DNA of 64,000 nucleotides from Candidatus Magasanikiibacteriota bacterium (GCA_043825135.1 JBDRSF010000015.1:1559-65558), one strand, 5' to 3'; positions 33,773 to 44,179 are shown, counted from the stretch's first letter. Notes: generated by a model from the sequence alone, not told the origin. Numbers and translations: made by a program.

Positions 33773-36700
33773 ATGAACAAAAGGAGTAGAAATATTTTGG
33801 GAGTAAGTTTGGGGATTATAATTGTTTTGGTATTTTTTAGCGTTATTTTTTGGCAAGATAATGTTTTTTGTTATGACACAAATATTGCTCATCCAAATAT
33901 TACTGATTTGGCAAGTAAGGTTTATTTTGAAAGTACTGGACACGAATTAACAGCTGAACAAATTGATTGTTTGCGCACTGGGGCGGTTGATGAAGATATG
34001 CCAATACGCTGGATGAATCATTTTTATGACCCAATTTATAATGTAGGGTTAAAATCTAATTATCTGTCAGCAAAAGAATGGTCACGAGCCAGTGAGTTGC
34101 AACGTGATTATTCTTTGGGTGATCAGACTTGGTTTAGAGCCATTAAGGAATATCAAGATGGCAACGAAGAACAAGCTTTTTGTACTTTGGGTCATATTTT
34201 ACACTTAATTGCCGACATGAGCGTGCCGGCTCATACCCGCGATGATGCTCATCCAACTGGTGATTCCTATGAGCAATTTGTAAAATATAATTGGGATTTG
34301 CTCTATACTGGTTTGCAGAATGTAAATATGGATTTGATTTATTATCCTAATTTGGATAATTATTTTGACAAGCTGGCTAATTATTCTAATAATAATTTTT
34401 ATAGTGACGATACGATTATGGTCTTTAAATATAAAGAACCATTTAATACGGGAGTTGAGTTTTTAAAGGATGCCCAAAATGCAACGCAGAAATATTTAAT
34501 TAATAATACAATTAATAATTTATTATGCTGGGATAAGAGTGTTGTTAATTGGCAAGATCTTTTGAATGATGATAATGTTGAGAATTGTAACATTAAGACT
34601 CCTTACATCCTCACCGACTACACCAAACACCTCCTTCCCCAAGCTGTCGGCTATAGCGCGGGGGTGATTAAATTATTTTTTGAGGAAGTGGAAAAAGAGC
34701 ATGATTTTGATTTGGATGATAATAAAATTAGTTTTGCGGGTAAAATGGCAGAAATGTTGGGTTGGGGAATACAGAAAGTAGGTGAGGCCAAAGATAGAAT
34801 TTTCGGCGATAGAGACGTGGTCAAAGCAGATGAGCAGGTGATAAAGAGTGTGATGGGGGGTGACACAGAAAACACAAAAACACAAAAACACAAAAACACC
34901 GAATTGACTAGTGAGGAAGAACTCGAGAGTATTGGGCCAGAATCTATATTTGATGAAGGTGTGTCGGCTCGACCAGTGATTGTTTACGAGGAACCAATAG
35001 TGGTCGAAGATACTCCGGTAGTACCAGTAAATGTGCCGATACCACCTAGTTTTTCTGACACAAAAAACACCGAACCTGCTGTGGAAGATACTGAGGATAC
35101 AGAAACAGATATTGAGTCTACACAGCCAACTTATAATCCCGGCGGAAGTAGTCCTACGCCTCCAGTACCTCCAACACCTCCAACATCTTCAACAACCACA
35201 ACAACTTCAACCAATACACCTTCTGGTGATGATGATAGTGCAACAACAAGTACGCCACCGGGTGAGGAAGATGGTGATGATGATTTAGGTGATGGCGAAG
35301 ATGTAGGAGGTGGAGATTTAGGAGAAGAAAATATTACTTCAACTTTACCAACTATAAACATAATTAGTCATGAAGATGTAAGTTATATCAATGTTAGTTC
35401 AACTTTAATTATAGTTACTAGTAGCGAGGATGTAATTCAAGTATATATTAATGATGATGAGGCAGAGCTTACACCTAGTTCAACTTGGGAAGCAGAAATT
35501 AATTTAACAGAAGGCGAAAATATTTTTAATATTTATGGTGAAAACGCAGAAGATTTGAGAAGTGTGACCAGTTCAGTTAATATAATTTTAGATACGACGG
35601 CACCAGAAATTTTGAGTGTGGAAACTGAACAAATTGAATTTACTACACCAACAATTAGAATCACTTGGACAGCCGAAGATGCTGGTGTGGGCGTATCAGA
35701 CTATGATTTGGAATATAAAATTGATGATGGTGATTGGATTGTTATTGTCACTAGTACAACCAGCACAGTTTATGATTTTATAGGTGAGAATTTACATGAA
35801 TATAATTTTCGTGTTAAAGCCTATGATGAATTTGGTTTTGTGTCTGACTGGGTTGAAAGTGGTTCAACTTTGACTGATTGGGCCAAATCGGTCGTGATAA
35901 ATGAAATTGCCTGGATGGGCACGCAAGTGTCCGCAGCTAATGATGAGTGGCTAGAGTTATATAATAACTCAGAGGAAGATGTTGATTTGACTGGTTGGAA
36001 AATATTAGTTTCGGGTGATGAAATGAGTTGGGACAATGTTGGACATATTATTCCAGCTGGGGGATATTATTTATTAGAAAGATCTGATGATGATACTGTA
36101 CTTGAAGTTGAAGCCAATGCTATTTATACTTTGTCTGGTGGTTTTGGTAATAGTGGTGAAAATATTATTTTGATGAATAGCGCCAGTTCAACAATTGATC
36201 AGGTTGATTGTTCTTCTAATTGGTTTGCTGGTATGACTGCAGATGGTTATCGCACCATGGAAAGATTAGATTCCAATCAACCGGGTAGTCTAGCTTCCAA
36301 CTGGCAAACCAGTGAGTCAGTTGCGCCCAGAGGACGACCTCATGGTGGTGATGTAATCTATGGTTCACCCGGATATCAAAATACCAGCTACTGGCTTCTA
36401 AGAGGGAATCCGCTTGTTTATTACCCAGATTTAATTGTTGATGGCAAATTAGTTTTAACAAAAGTCAACAGCCCTTATTTAATTGGTTACAAGACAGAAA
36501 TTCCGGCCGGACTGACGGTTGAGATAGAACCCGGCGTGGTTTTGATGGGGATTGATCCAAGTTCCTATATAAATATTAAAGGCGAGTTAATTTTATCAGG
36601 AACAGTTGAAGATCCGATAATATTTACCAGTGCTTTAGATACAAATTACATTGACTTAAATTTAAGTAAACTTGTCGGTGATTCTCCGCAGTCGGGTGAT

Positions 36701-37798
36701 TGGTCAAGAATTGAAATAGAAGAAAATGGAGTGGTTCAAGCTAGTAATACTAAATTTTTGTATGGCGGACAGACTTTTACCAAAGGTAATAATTGGGTTT
36801 ATGGCACCAAGTGGATTTCACAAGTTTTGCGTAATACCGGTGGTACAGCCAATTTAGACAATGTTGAGTTTAATTATAATTTTATAGATAGTGAAAATCC
36901 AGATTACAATACCGTAGTTTGGACTGAGGCACCTTTGGGATATAATGCTAGCACGACAATTGAAAACAGTATTTTGGATTCTGGTTATACCTCAGTAAAT
37001 TATTACGGACAGAATAACGGTCAAATTGTTTCTGGAAGTTTAAAAAATAATCAAATTAAAAATTTCACAAATCCAGAGTCAGTTATTAAAATTCAATATA
37101 GTGAACCTGAATTAAGTAATAATATTTTGGAAAATAATCTAAGTAATTATATTGATTTGGGTAGTTGGACCCTTGGCAATGACGCCACTTTGAGCCAAAA
37201 TAACAAATATTTATTTAGTAATATTAAAATACCAACTGACAAGACTTTAACTATTGAGCCGGGTGTGGATGTAAAACTCAGTGGCTATATAGAAGTTGAT
37301 GGCAGTCTGCAAGCCAATGGCGAAGTTGGTAATCCAATTAATTTTATTCCTAAAGATAGTTATTGGAATATAATGTTGTTTAATAATTCTGATTCTAGCT
37401 TGTCTAATGTTAATATTACTCGGGGTAATAGCGGTAGTGGCTTACGTGCTTTAAATAAACGAGGCATGGTAACAATTGAAAATTCAACAGTAAATTTTGA
37501 CAGTGTAGTTTTTATGGATGCTCGGAGGCCGTATAATATGATTTATACAGAAAATTCAGATGTAATTTTGCGTAATAGTATTATTTCCTGGACTGATGAT
37601 TTTACTGGTTTGCAAAATGTTGATGGAATTTGGTTTAAAAGTGGTAACTTGCATTTAGATAATACAACCTTCAATCGCATGAGTCGTGGTATAGAAATTT
37701 TTGGTGGGGGATTAATTACTATGGAAAACATGACCCTCGGCCACTTCCAAAACATAAAAGATCTAAATTGGTGGCCAGCGACGGCGTTTACATTTTGA
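33773..37798 (+). CDS. large secreted surface protein: zinc-dependent phospholipase C-like domain, Thr/Pro-rich linker, lamin-tail domain, right-handed beta-helix repeats
   Basis: N-terminal TM/signal; NHFYDP and HLIADMSVPAHTRDDAHP parallel the B. cereus PLC zinc ligands (HFYDP, HYLGDVNQPMHAAN); linker PTPPVPPTPPTSSTTTTTST; LTD VVINEIAWMG...DEWLELYNNSEEDVDLTGW; repetitive N/G/T/S-rich beta-helix C-terminus. Confidence 0.65.
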   Translation: MNKRSRNILGVSLGIIIVLVFFSVIFWQDNVFCYDTNIAHPNITDLASKVYFESTGHELTAEQIDCLRTGAVDEDMPIRWMNHFYDPIYNVGLKSNYLSAKEWSRASELQRDYSLGDQTWFRAIKEYQDGNEEQAFCTLGHILHLIADMSVPAHTRDDAHPTGDSYEQFVKYNWDLLYTGLQNVNMDLIYYPNLDNYFDKLANYSNNNFYSDDTIMVFKYKEPFNTGVEFLKDAQNATQKYLINNTINNLLCWDKSVVNWQDLLNDDNVENCNIKTPYILTDYTKHLLPQAVGYSAGVIKLFFEEVEKEHDFDLDDNKISFAGKMAEMLGWGIQKVGEAKDRIFGDRDVVKADEQVIKSVMGGDTENTKTQKHKNTELTSEEELESIGPESIFDEGVSARPVIVYEEPIVVEDTPVVPVNVPIPPSFSDTKNTEPAVEDTEDTETDIESTQPTYNPGGSSPTPPVPPTPPTSSTTTTTSTNTPSGDDDSATTSTPPGEEDGDDDLGDGEDVGGGDLGEENITSTLPTINIISHEDVSYINVSSTLIIVTSSEDVIQVYINDDEAELTPSSTWEAEINLTEGENIFNIYGENAEDLRSVTSSVNIILDTTAPEILSVETEQIEFTTPTIRITWTAEDAGVGVSDYDLEYKIDDGDWIVIVTSTTSTVYDFIGENLHEYNFRVKAYDEFGFVSDWVESGSTLTDWAKSVVINEIAWMGTQVSAANDEWLELYNNSEEDVDLTGWKILVSGDEMSWDNVGHIIPAGGYYLLERSDDDTVLEVEANAIYTLSGGFGNSGENIILMNSASSTIDQVDCSSNWFAGMTADGYRTMERLDSNQPGSLASNWQTSESVAPRGRPHGGDVIYGSPGYQNTSYWLLRGNPLVYYPDLIVDGKLVLTKVNSPYLIGYKTEIPAGLTVEIEPGVVLMGIDPSSYINIKGELILSGTVEDPIIFTSALDTNYIDLNLSKLVGDSPQSGDWSRIEIEENGVVQASNTKFLYGGQTFTKGNNWVYGTKWISQVLRNTGGTANLDNVEFNYNFIDSENPDYNTVVWTEAPLGYNASTTIENSILDSGYTSVNYYGQNNGQIVSGSLKNNQIKNFTNPESVIKIQYSEPELSNNILENNLSNYIDLGSWTLGNDATLSQNNKYLFSNIKIPTDKTLTIEPGVDVKLSGYIEVDGSLQANGEVGNPINFIPKDSYWNIMLFNNSDSSLSNVNITRGNSGSGLRALNKRGMVTIENSTVNFDSVVFMDARRPYNMIYTENSDVILRNSIISWTDDFTGLQNVDGIWFKSGNLHLDNTTFNRMSRGIEIFGGGLITMENMTLGHFQNIKDLNWWPATAFTF

Positions 37799-37833
37799 TT
37801 TATAACCTAATCAACCTAAAAACTAATACCTAA

Positions 37834-37858
37834 AGCCCCTCCTAACGGAGGGTTTTTG
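37834..37858 (+). terminator. rho-independent terminator
   Basis: GCCCCTCCTAACGGAGGGTTTTTGGTTTTT. Confidence 0.6.
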
Positions 37859-37928
37859 GTTTTTGACAAATTTTTTATTGTATAGTAAAATTGATTTTAG
37901 GTTTGAAAAACTGAAGGAGGGTCTTGTT

Positions 37929-38135
37929 ATGGAGACAAATGATGTCTTTAGAGTTATTCCTGTTTGTCCTGCGTGTCTGACGCAGGCGCGGTGTGGGGTT
38001 TGTCCTGTTTGTGGACGACCGCTCGGTCTGGATCATCGTGGTACTACGGCCATTGATCAGGCCAAATTTTACCCACCCGAAGCCTACTCTCAGACTCAGG
38101 ATCCCATCACCAACTTCCCCGATACTGTCTTCTAG
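37929..38135 (+). CDS. small Cys-rich (zinc-ribbon-like) protein in a GC-rich islet
   Basis: METNDVFRVIPVCPACLTQARCGVCPVCGRPL...; local GC well above surroundings. Confidence 0.3.
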   Translation: METNDVFRVIPVCPACLTQARCGVCPVCGRPLGLDHRGTTAIDQAKFYPPEAYSQTQDPITNFPDTVF

Positions 38136-38384
38136 CAGGTTTTCATCCCACCTAAAACCCTGCTCACGTTCCCTTCTTTTTTTCTAAAAATTAGAAAAAG
38201 AGAAAGGAGGTTGTGAGTGGGGTTTTTCTGTTTATCCCGAGTGAGGCATAGGTTGAGATATCAAGATATTCAGAATTTTTTTATTCCAATCTTAGTGTAG
38301 GTTTTGTATTTTGTCTATGAGGTGTTTTTTTGATTAGTAGTATGTGGTATAATGTAATAGTTCCTACTTATTAGTCAATAGTGT

Positions 38385-39758
38385 GTGAAATTAAAAAAAC
38401 AGAAAATTTATAAAAAAGCCTATATAGTTGCCGTAGATATGGGTTATGGTCATCAGCGAGCAGCTGAACCTTTGCGTGACATCGCTACAGCACCAGATTT
38501 TATGGGCGGAGAAGGATATATTATTAATGCTAATAAATATGCTGGTATCCCTCATAGTGATATAAGAAAGTGGGAAGGTGGACGTAAGGTTTATGAACGG
38601 ATTTCACGTATGAAGCATTTGCCAATTGTGGGTGAATGGATTTTTGGAATTTTGAATTATATTCAGAGAATTGAGCCATTTTATCCTAAACGTGATTTAT
38701 CTGGTAGTACTTTGCAATTACAACAGATTTATAAATGGATAAAAAAAGGTTGGGGAAAAGATTTAATAGAAAAATTAAATAAAAATCCTTTGCCATTTAT
38801 TGCTACTTTTTTTACCCCAGCTTTTTTTGCTGAAGAACATGGTTATAAAGATGAGATTTATTGTATTTGTACTGATACTGATATTTCTCGGGCTTGGGCA
38901 CCACTTTATCCTGAAAAGACCAGAATCAATTATTTGGCACCTAATCGTCGGGTCAAGGAGCGGTTGCAGGAATATGGTATACCAGCAAAGCAGATTTATG
39001 TGACTGGTTTTCCATTACCAAAAGAAAATATTGGGGGAAAATCTTTAAAAATTTTAAAACAAAGTATTGCTTCTAGAATTATCAATCTTGATCCAGATAG
39101 AAAATATCGTAAAAAATATCGAAAAACCATTGAACAAGTTTTGGGAAAAGAATATTGTCATGAAGGTTGTGTGGTGGGGCATCCACTAACTATTACTTTT
39201 GCTGTGGGTGGGGCAGGTGCCCAAAGAGAGTTAGGAGTAGAAATTTTAACAAGTTTACGTGATCATATTGATAAGGGTAAGATCAGATTAAATTTAGTTG
39301 CTGGTACACATAATGATGTTTACTTATATTATCAAAAACATGTTAAAAAATTAAAATTAGATAAAAAGCAAAATGGACATATCAATATCTTGTATGCCAA
39401 TAACAAATGGGAATATTTTACAGCCTTTAATCAATTGCTTTTAACTACTGATTTACTATGGACTAAGCCAAGTGAATTGTCATTCTATACTGGTTTAGGT
39501 TTGCCCATTATAATGGCTCCGCCAATTGGTGCGCAGGAAGATTATAATCATGAGTGGCTATTATCAATCGGCGCTGGTTTTGATCAAGAAGATCCACGTT
39601 ATACCAATGAATGGTTATTTGATTGGTTAAAATCCGGCTGGTTAGCTGAAGCAGCTATGGAAGGCTTTTTAGATGCACCCCGAAACGGTGCTTATCATAT
39701 TGCAGAAGTTGTTTTGAAGGGAAAGAGGAGCGAGATTGAGGATATGCACCTATTGTAA
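38385..39758 (+). CDS. GT28-family glycosyltransferase (MGDG-synthase/UgtP-like)
   Basis: GTG start; N-terminal AVDMGYGHQRAAEPL (GxGH..A motif); C-terminal WTKPSELSFYTGLGLPIIMAPPIGAQEDYN; extended -10 TGTGGTATAAT at 38343. Confidence 0.55.
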   Translation: MKLKKQKIYKKAYIVAVDMGYGHQRAAEPLRDIATAPDFMGGEGYIINANKYAGIPHSDIRKWEGGRKVYERISRMKHLPIVGEWIFGILNYIQRIEPFYPKRDLSGSTLQLQQIYKWIKKGWGKDLIEKLNKNPLPFIATFFTPAFFAEEHGYKDEIYCICTDTDISRAWAPLYPEKTRINYLAPNRRVKERLQEYGIPAKQIYVTGFPLPKENIGGKSLKILKQSIASRIINLDPDRKYRKKYRKTIEQVLGKEYCHEGCVVGHPLTITFAVGGAGAQRELGVEILTSLRDHIDKGKIRLNLVAGTHNDVYLYYQKHVKKLKLDKKQNGHINILYANNKWEYFTAFNQLLLTTDLLWTKPSELSFYTGLGLPIIMAPPIGAQEDYNHEWLLSIGAGFDQEDPRYTNEWLFDWLKSGWLAEAAMEGFLDAPRNGAYHIAEVVLKGKRSEIEDMHLL

Positions 39759-39772
39759 ATTATTTTTGAAAA

Positions 39773-39977
39773 GCTCTCCCCCTATGAGGGGGAGCCCACG
39801 ACGCAAGTCGGGGAGGGGGTCTGGAGAAGCTTGAAGAAAGATTTTAATTAGTACTTTCTAGGTGGGTGATTATAAATTTTTTTAGATATTAAATAAATAA
39901 TACAAACTTTACAGCTCCGGCAGACCCCACCGTCTGCTCCTGCGTCGCAGTCTGCCTCCCCTGATAGGGGAGGAGCT
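39773..39977. repeat. MITE-like element with terminal hairpins GCTCTCCCCCTATGAGGGGGAGC / GCCTCCCCTGATAGGGGGAGGAGC
   Basis: GC-rich palindromic ends of the family D type flanking ~160 nt of non-coding sequence upstream of the EamA gene. Confidence 0.55.
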
Positions 39978-39990
39978 AATATTATGTTTT

Positions 39991-40899
39991 ATGCTTTGGT
40001 TTTCTGTCGCTCTCCTCGGTTACCTTTTCCTCGTCATTGTCTTTATCCTCGACAAGGTCGTAGTTAGTCAGTCTCGCGTCAAACCAGTGGTTTATACTTT
40101 TTATTCCACGATTTTTATGTTTGGAGCACTTTTGGCTCTGCCGTTTTTTGGTTGGGGATTATTGAGTGGTTTAGATTGGTATTGGGCAATTATTTCTGGT
40201 GTGGCATTTGGTTTGGCACTTTGGACTTTTTATAAGGCGGTGCAGTATAGCGAGATTAGTCATATTGGACCTTTTGTCGCGGCCATTATAACTGTTTTTT
40301 TGTATATTATTGGTTATTATTGTTTGGCCGAAAACTTAAATACTCTACAGATTGGTGGTATTATAATTTTATTTATTGCCTCACTTTTGTTATCATTTGA
40401 AAAATCTAGAAAGCACAGTGGTTTTCATGTTGGTTTTGTTTGGGCGATTTTGGCGGCTCTCTTGTTTGCCATATCTCATGCCAGTGCCAAATATTTGTAT
40501 GGAATATATTCATTTGAGACAGCTTTTATTTGGACTCGGGCGACGACTGGTCTAGTCGGTTTATTTGTTTTATTTTTTCCAGTTGTTAGAGAGACATTTA
40601 AAAGAAAAAAGAATACAAAAAAAACTTATGCAGGTAGACATGCGGTCGGTATTGTTGTTACAGACAAGGTTTTGGGAGTTTTATCAGTGATTTGTATTCA
40701 ATATGCCATTTCAATTGGTAGTCCGACACTAGTCCAGGCTTTGTCTGGCCTACAGTTTGTATTGATGTTTATTTTTATTTATATTTTAACAAAATTATTA
40801 CCAAAAGTCTTCAAAGAATATTTTACTAAGCGGGAACTACGACTGGAGTTTATCGCGATTTTGTTGGTTTTGGTTGGGTCGGCTTTACTTGTTTTGTGA
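39991..40899 (+). CDS. EamA/DMT-family membrane transporter
   Basis: 302 aa, ~10 TM helices in two 5-TM halves. Confidence 0.6.
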   Translation: MLWFSVALLGYLFLVIVFILDKVVVSQSRVKPVVYTFYSTIFMFGALLALPFFGWGLLSGLDWYWAIISGVAFGLALWTFYKAVQYSEISHIGPFVAAIITVFLYIIGYYCLAENLNTLQIGGIIILFIASLLLSFEKSRKHSGFHVGFVWAILAALLFAISHASAKYLYGIYSFETAFIWTRATTGLVGLFVLFFPVVRETFKRKKNTKKTYAGRHAVGIVVTDKVLGVLSVICIQYAISIGSPTLVQALSGLQFVLMFIFIYILTKLLPKVFKEYFTKRELRLEFIAILLVLVGSALLVL

Positions 40900-40907
40900 T
40901 TGTCCCA

Positions 40908-41084
40908 CTGTCATTCCGACCGAAATGAACACTGGCGTTAGCCAGGGAATGGAGTGGAGGAATCCCTTTCCAGTACTTCGACAAATTTTTTAGCTGTAAT
41001 TTAATATTTAGTCTACATAAAAGGGATCCCTGCGCCACCGCTAAAGCTTTAGCGACACGCGGTCGGCTTCGCTCGGGATGACAA
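40908..41084. repeat. family B MITE-like element (CTGTCATTCCGACCGAA...GGAGTGGAGGAATCCCTT ... GGGATCCCTGCGCCACCGCTAAAGCTTTAGCGACACGCGGTCGGCTTCGCTCGGGATGACAA)
   Basis: Near-identical copy at 52550-52730; variants at 42103-42206, 54944-55088, 60897-60958. Confidence 0.75.
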
Positions 41085-41095
41085 AGTGAAAATTT

Positions 41096-42097
41096 ATGAA
41101 AAAACACCTCCTCCTATTCATCCTCGTCGATATTGTAATCGTACTAGTTGTAGTTTGCGCGGCTTTATGGTTACTTAGTATAAAAAAATATCCAGTGGAG
41201 TATGGTATTAGTTTTAATATTGCTCACGCCGAGAGTTTAGGTCTTGATTGGCAAGAAACTTATTTGGCAATGCTTAATGATCTCAAGCCAAAATTTATTA
41301 GAATTTCAGCAACTTGGTTAGATACTGAAAAAGTTAGAGGTAAGTTTGATTTTACCAATGTTGATTGGATGATGTTAGAGGCTGGAAAAAGAAAGGTGGG
41401 TGTGGTTTTGACAATCGGACAAAAAGCTCCGCGTTGGCCAGAGTGTCATGTGCCAAAGTGGAGTAATGATTTGATACAAGAAGAATACAGACAAGAGTTG
41501 CTAGAATATATTAGGTATGTAGTCGAACGTTATCATGACCATCCAGCTCTTGATATCTGGCAGGTTGAAAATGAGCCATATATAAATTTTAAATTTGGTG
41601 AGTGTGCCTATTTTGATGAAGGGGTGGTGAAAGACGAGATTGAACTAGTTAAATCTTTGGATTCAAAACATAAAGTATTAGTGACAGATAGTGGCGAGCT
41701 TAGTTCGTGGCGTAAAGCAATAAAAGCTGGTGATATTTTTGGCACGACGGTTTATCGTATAGTTATGACGCCAAAAGGTTATTATTGGAATTATGATTGG
41801 CTTCCAGTTGGATTTTATAAATTAAAATACAAGTTTTGGTTTCCTGGTGACAAACCATTTATAGTATCAGAATTACAAGCTGAACCGTGGTTTACAGGCG
41901 AGGGTGCTGTCTATACCCAAGTTGAGGTTCAAGAGAAAAGTATGAACCCCGAACGTTTACAAAAACATTTTAATTTTGTTGAACGCATGGGTGTATCTCG
42001 AGCATATTTATGGGGAGTAGAGTGGTGGTATTGGATGAAGATAGAAAAGCAGGATGAGAGGTATTGGGAGATTGTGAAGGAGAAGATGGGGGGTTAG
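41096..42097 (+). CDS. membrane-anchored glycoside hydrolase, clan GH-A-like
   Basis: N-terminal TM; conserved WQVENEP (catalytic NEP of GH-A/GH5-like enzymes). Confidence 0.5.
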   Translation: MKKHLLLFILVDIVIVLVVVCAALWLLSIKKYPVEYGISFNIAHAESLGLDWQETYLAMLNDLKPKFIRISATWLDTEKVRGKFDFTNVDWMMLEAGKRKVGVVLTIGQKAPRWPECHVPKWSNDLIQEEYRQELLEYIRYVVERYHDHPALDIWQVENEPYINFKFGECAYFDEGVVKDEIELVKSLDSKHKVLVTDSGELSSWRKAIKAGDIFGTTVYRIVMTPKGYYWNYDWLPVGFYKLKYKFWFPGDKPFIVSELQAEPWFTGEGAVYTQVEVQEKSMNPERLQKHFNFVERMGVSRAYLWGVEWWYWMKIEKQDERYWEIVKEKMGG

Positions 42098-42102
42098 GCC
42101 AA

Positions 42103-42206
42103 TGTCATCCCGAGCCCGTCTCCACTGCGTTGCGCCGGGTAAATAAAATAGTATGCATGCGAATAGTTCACCAGGCGCAGTACTACGAAGCATGGAGGGA
42201 TCCCTT
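42103..42206. repeat. family B-related element (TGTCATCCCGAGC...GGAGGGATCCCTTT) followed by GAGATA-type repeats
   Basis: Downstream AAGTGGAGATAGATTGATATAAGTCGAGATAAGG recurs at 45453-45490. Confidence 0.55.
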
Positions 42207-42375
42207 TAGAAATTGAGATAAGTGGAGATAGATTGATATAAGTCGAGATAAGGTGATAATAAATAAGATATTAAAAATATTACAAATTTAATATTCTGTA
42301 GGGAATGCGACTAAGCATTATTGACATTATTTTAATTTTTTGGTATAACATATTTATAATTATTAATATAAGATT

Positions 42376-42936
42376 ATGAAAAAAATACATTCTATTCTAG
42401 GAGTTATTGCAATTATGTTGGTTGTTGGAGTTGGTTGTACAAAGAAAGAAGTAACTAAAGTTACTGAAGATAATGTGCCGAATTTAGAATCTACCACACA
42501 AGAGACCCCAAAGGTGTTTGAGGGAAATGGCTTTTCATTTAATTATCCTGAAAAATATTTAGCTGACGATAATGGCTTATGGACCAAAGAAGGTTATGAG
42601 TGGCATTTGAATCCACCTGATGATTGTAATTTTTGCCATGTACCATATCTGGAGGTTAAAGCAGAGGCAACAAATAAAACATTAGAAAAATATATTATTG
42701 ATGATTTTACCTTAACAGGGGAAAGCCTGGAGGAAATGTCAAAAGATACAGGAATTCCTTATGAGGTTATTAAAATTAATAATAATGAATTTGTAAAAAT
42801 CACAGTAAGTGATATGTTGTCAGTAACAGGGTATTATACAAAACACATTAATACAGTTGTATCGTTTAAAGTGTCTAGTTCTGGATATGATTCTGCAGAG
42901 CTACAAGAAATGTTAGCAACACTAAAGTTTGAATAG
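42376..42936 (+). CDS. lipoprotein (hypothetical)
   Basis: Signal peptide with lipobox VGVGC. Confidence 0.55.
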   Translation: MKKIHSILGVIAIMLVVGVGCTKKEVTKVTEDNVPNLESTTQETPKVFEGNGFSFNYPEKYLADDNGLWTKEGYEWHLNPPDDCNFCHVPYLEVKAEATNKTLEKYIIDDFTLTGESLEEMSKDTGIPYEVIKINNNEFVKITVSDMLSVTGYYTKHINTVVSFKVSSSGYDSAELQEMLATLKFE

Positions 42937-43036
42937 AGTCATCTATCTGTCATGATAAAATACTAAAACTGACCCCATTGGTCGGTTTTTCCCTTGACAT
43001 TTTTTTAGTGTTTTTGTATAATACTTAAATCAAAAA

Positions 43037-43113
43037 GCGCGCCTAGCTCAGTTGGTTAGAGCATCTCGTTTACACCGAGGGGGTCAGGGGTTCGAATCCC
43101 TTGGCGCGCACCA
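43037..43113 (+). tRNA. tRNA-Val(UAC), CCA encoded
   Basis: GCGCGCC-TA-GCTC-AGTTGGTTA-GAGC-A-TCTCG-TTTACAC-CGAGG-GGGTC-AGGGG-TTCGAAT-CCCTT-GGCGCGC-A-CCA; followed by terminator AAGAATC-TTCAATA-GATTCTTTTTTT. Confidence 0.8.
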
Positions 43114-43136
43114 AAAGAATCTTCAATAGATTCTTT

Positions 43137-43156
43137 TTTTGTGCTATAATACAACA
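43137..43156 (+). promoter_or_regulatory. extended -10 promoter TGTGCTATAATACAACAAAG (copy 1)
   Basis: Identical 20-mer at 44139-44158 upstream of the permease gene. Confidence 0.45.
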
Positions 43157-43211
43157 AAGTCAAAATTAAAAATTACTAAGATTTATAGTGGCATCCATTA
43201 GATTATAAAAT

Positions 43212-44075
43212 ATGAAAAATAACACATCACTGGCTATTTTTGAAACACATAAAATTCGCCGACACTTTGATGAGAAAACGGAAACTTGGTATTTTTCGGT
43301 GATTGATATTGTGGCGGCTTTGACAGAACAGTTGGATTATAGCCGTGCTAAAACATACTGGACGACACTTAAAAACCGTTTAAAAAATGAGGGAAGTGAA
43401 GTGGTCACAAAATGTGACCGGTTAAAAATGATGGCTCAAGATAGCAAAATGCGAGAAACCGATGTTGCCAATGTAGAAACTATTTTGCGCCTCATTCAAT
43501 CGGTACCAAGCAAGAAAGCCGAACCGATCAAATTGTGGCTGGCGAAAGTTGGCTATGAGCGAATGCAGGAAATGACTGATCCGGAAAGAGCGCTCAATCG
43601 TTCTCGTGAATATTGGCAAAAACAAGGAAGAAGTGAGAAATGGATCCAGCAAAGGATGATGGGGCAAGAGACACGAAACAAACTCACTGACTACTGGTCA
43701 GAAAGTGATGTAAAAAAAGGAGAAGAATTTGCTATTTTGACAAATATTATTCATCAAGAATGGAGTGATCTGTCGGTTAAAGCACATAAGAATCTTAAAG
43801 GATTGAAAACGCAAAATTTGCGTGACCATATGAGTGAGGAAGAATTGATCTTCACCGCGTTGGCTGAACTTTCCACCAGAAGAATTGCCGAAACCGACAG
43901 AGTACGAGGCTTGGAAGAAAATAAAATTCCAGCCAAAAAAGGCGGGCGGATTGCCAAAGATGCGAGAATTGCGCTTGAAGAAAAAACAGGTAAGTCGGTT
44001 ATAACTAGGAATAATTACCTGCCTCGCCGGCAGGCAGGTTTACCAAATAAAAAATCTGTTAAAAAATTGAGATAA
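43212..44075 (+). CDS. Bro-N domain protein, DinD-like (paralog 2)
   Basis: Bro-N-like N-terminus HKIRRHFDEKTETWYFSVIDIVAAL; C-terminal ELIFTALAELSTRRIAE...KKGGRIAKDAR homologous to the 12370-13206 protein. Confidence 0.55.
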   Translation: MKNNTSLAIFETHKIRRHFDEKTETWYFSVIDIVAALTEQLDYSRAKTYWTTLKNRLKNEGSEVVTKCDRLKMMAQDSKMRETDVANVETILRLIQSVPSKKAEPIKLWLAKVGYERMQEMTDPERALNRSREYWQKQGRSEKWIQQRMMGQETRNKLTDYWSESDVKKGEEFAILTNIIHQEWSDLSVKAHKNLKGLKTQNLRDHMSEEELIFTALAELSTRRIAETDRVRGLEENKIPAKKGGRIAKDARIALEEKTGKSVITRNNYLPRRQAGLPNKKSVKKLR

Positions 44076-44179
44076 TTTTATAAAAACAATCTTAGAAATC
44101 AGGTTAGCTGTTAAAGATATTTACGAAGGATTTGTTTACAACAAATGTGCTATAATACAACAAAGCTAAAAATAAAATT

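Noticed and set aside
35031-35361. ORFs 35031-35288(+) and 35131-35361(-) inside the large surface-protein gene
   Set aside because: Arise from the Thr/Pro-rich linker (ACC/CCA repeats) read in other frames
40850-41107. Minus-strand 85-aa ORF (and similar 52553-52747 ORF) encoding ...CHPERSRPRVAKALAVAQGSL...
   Set aside because: Both lie entirely within copies of the family B repeat; the shared peptide is a by-product of the repeated DNA, not a gene
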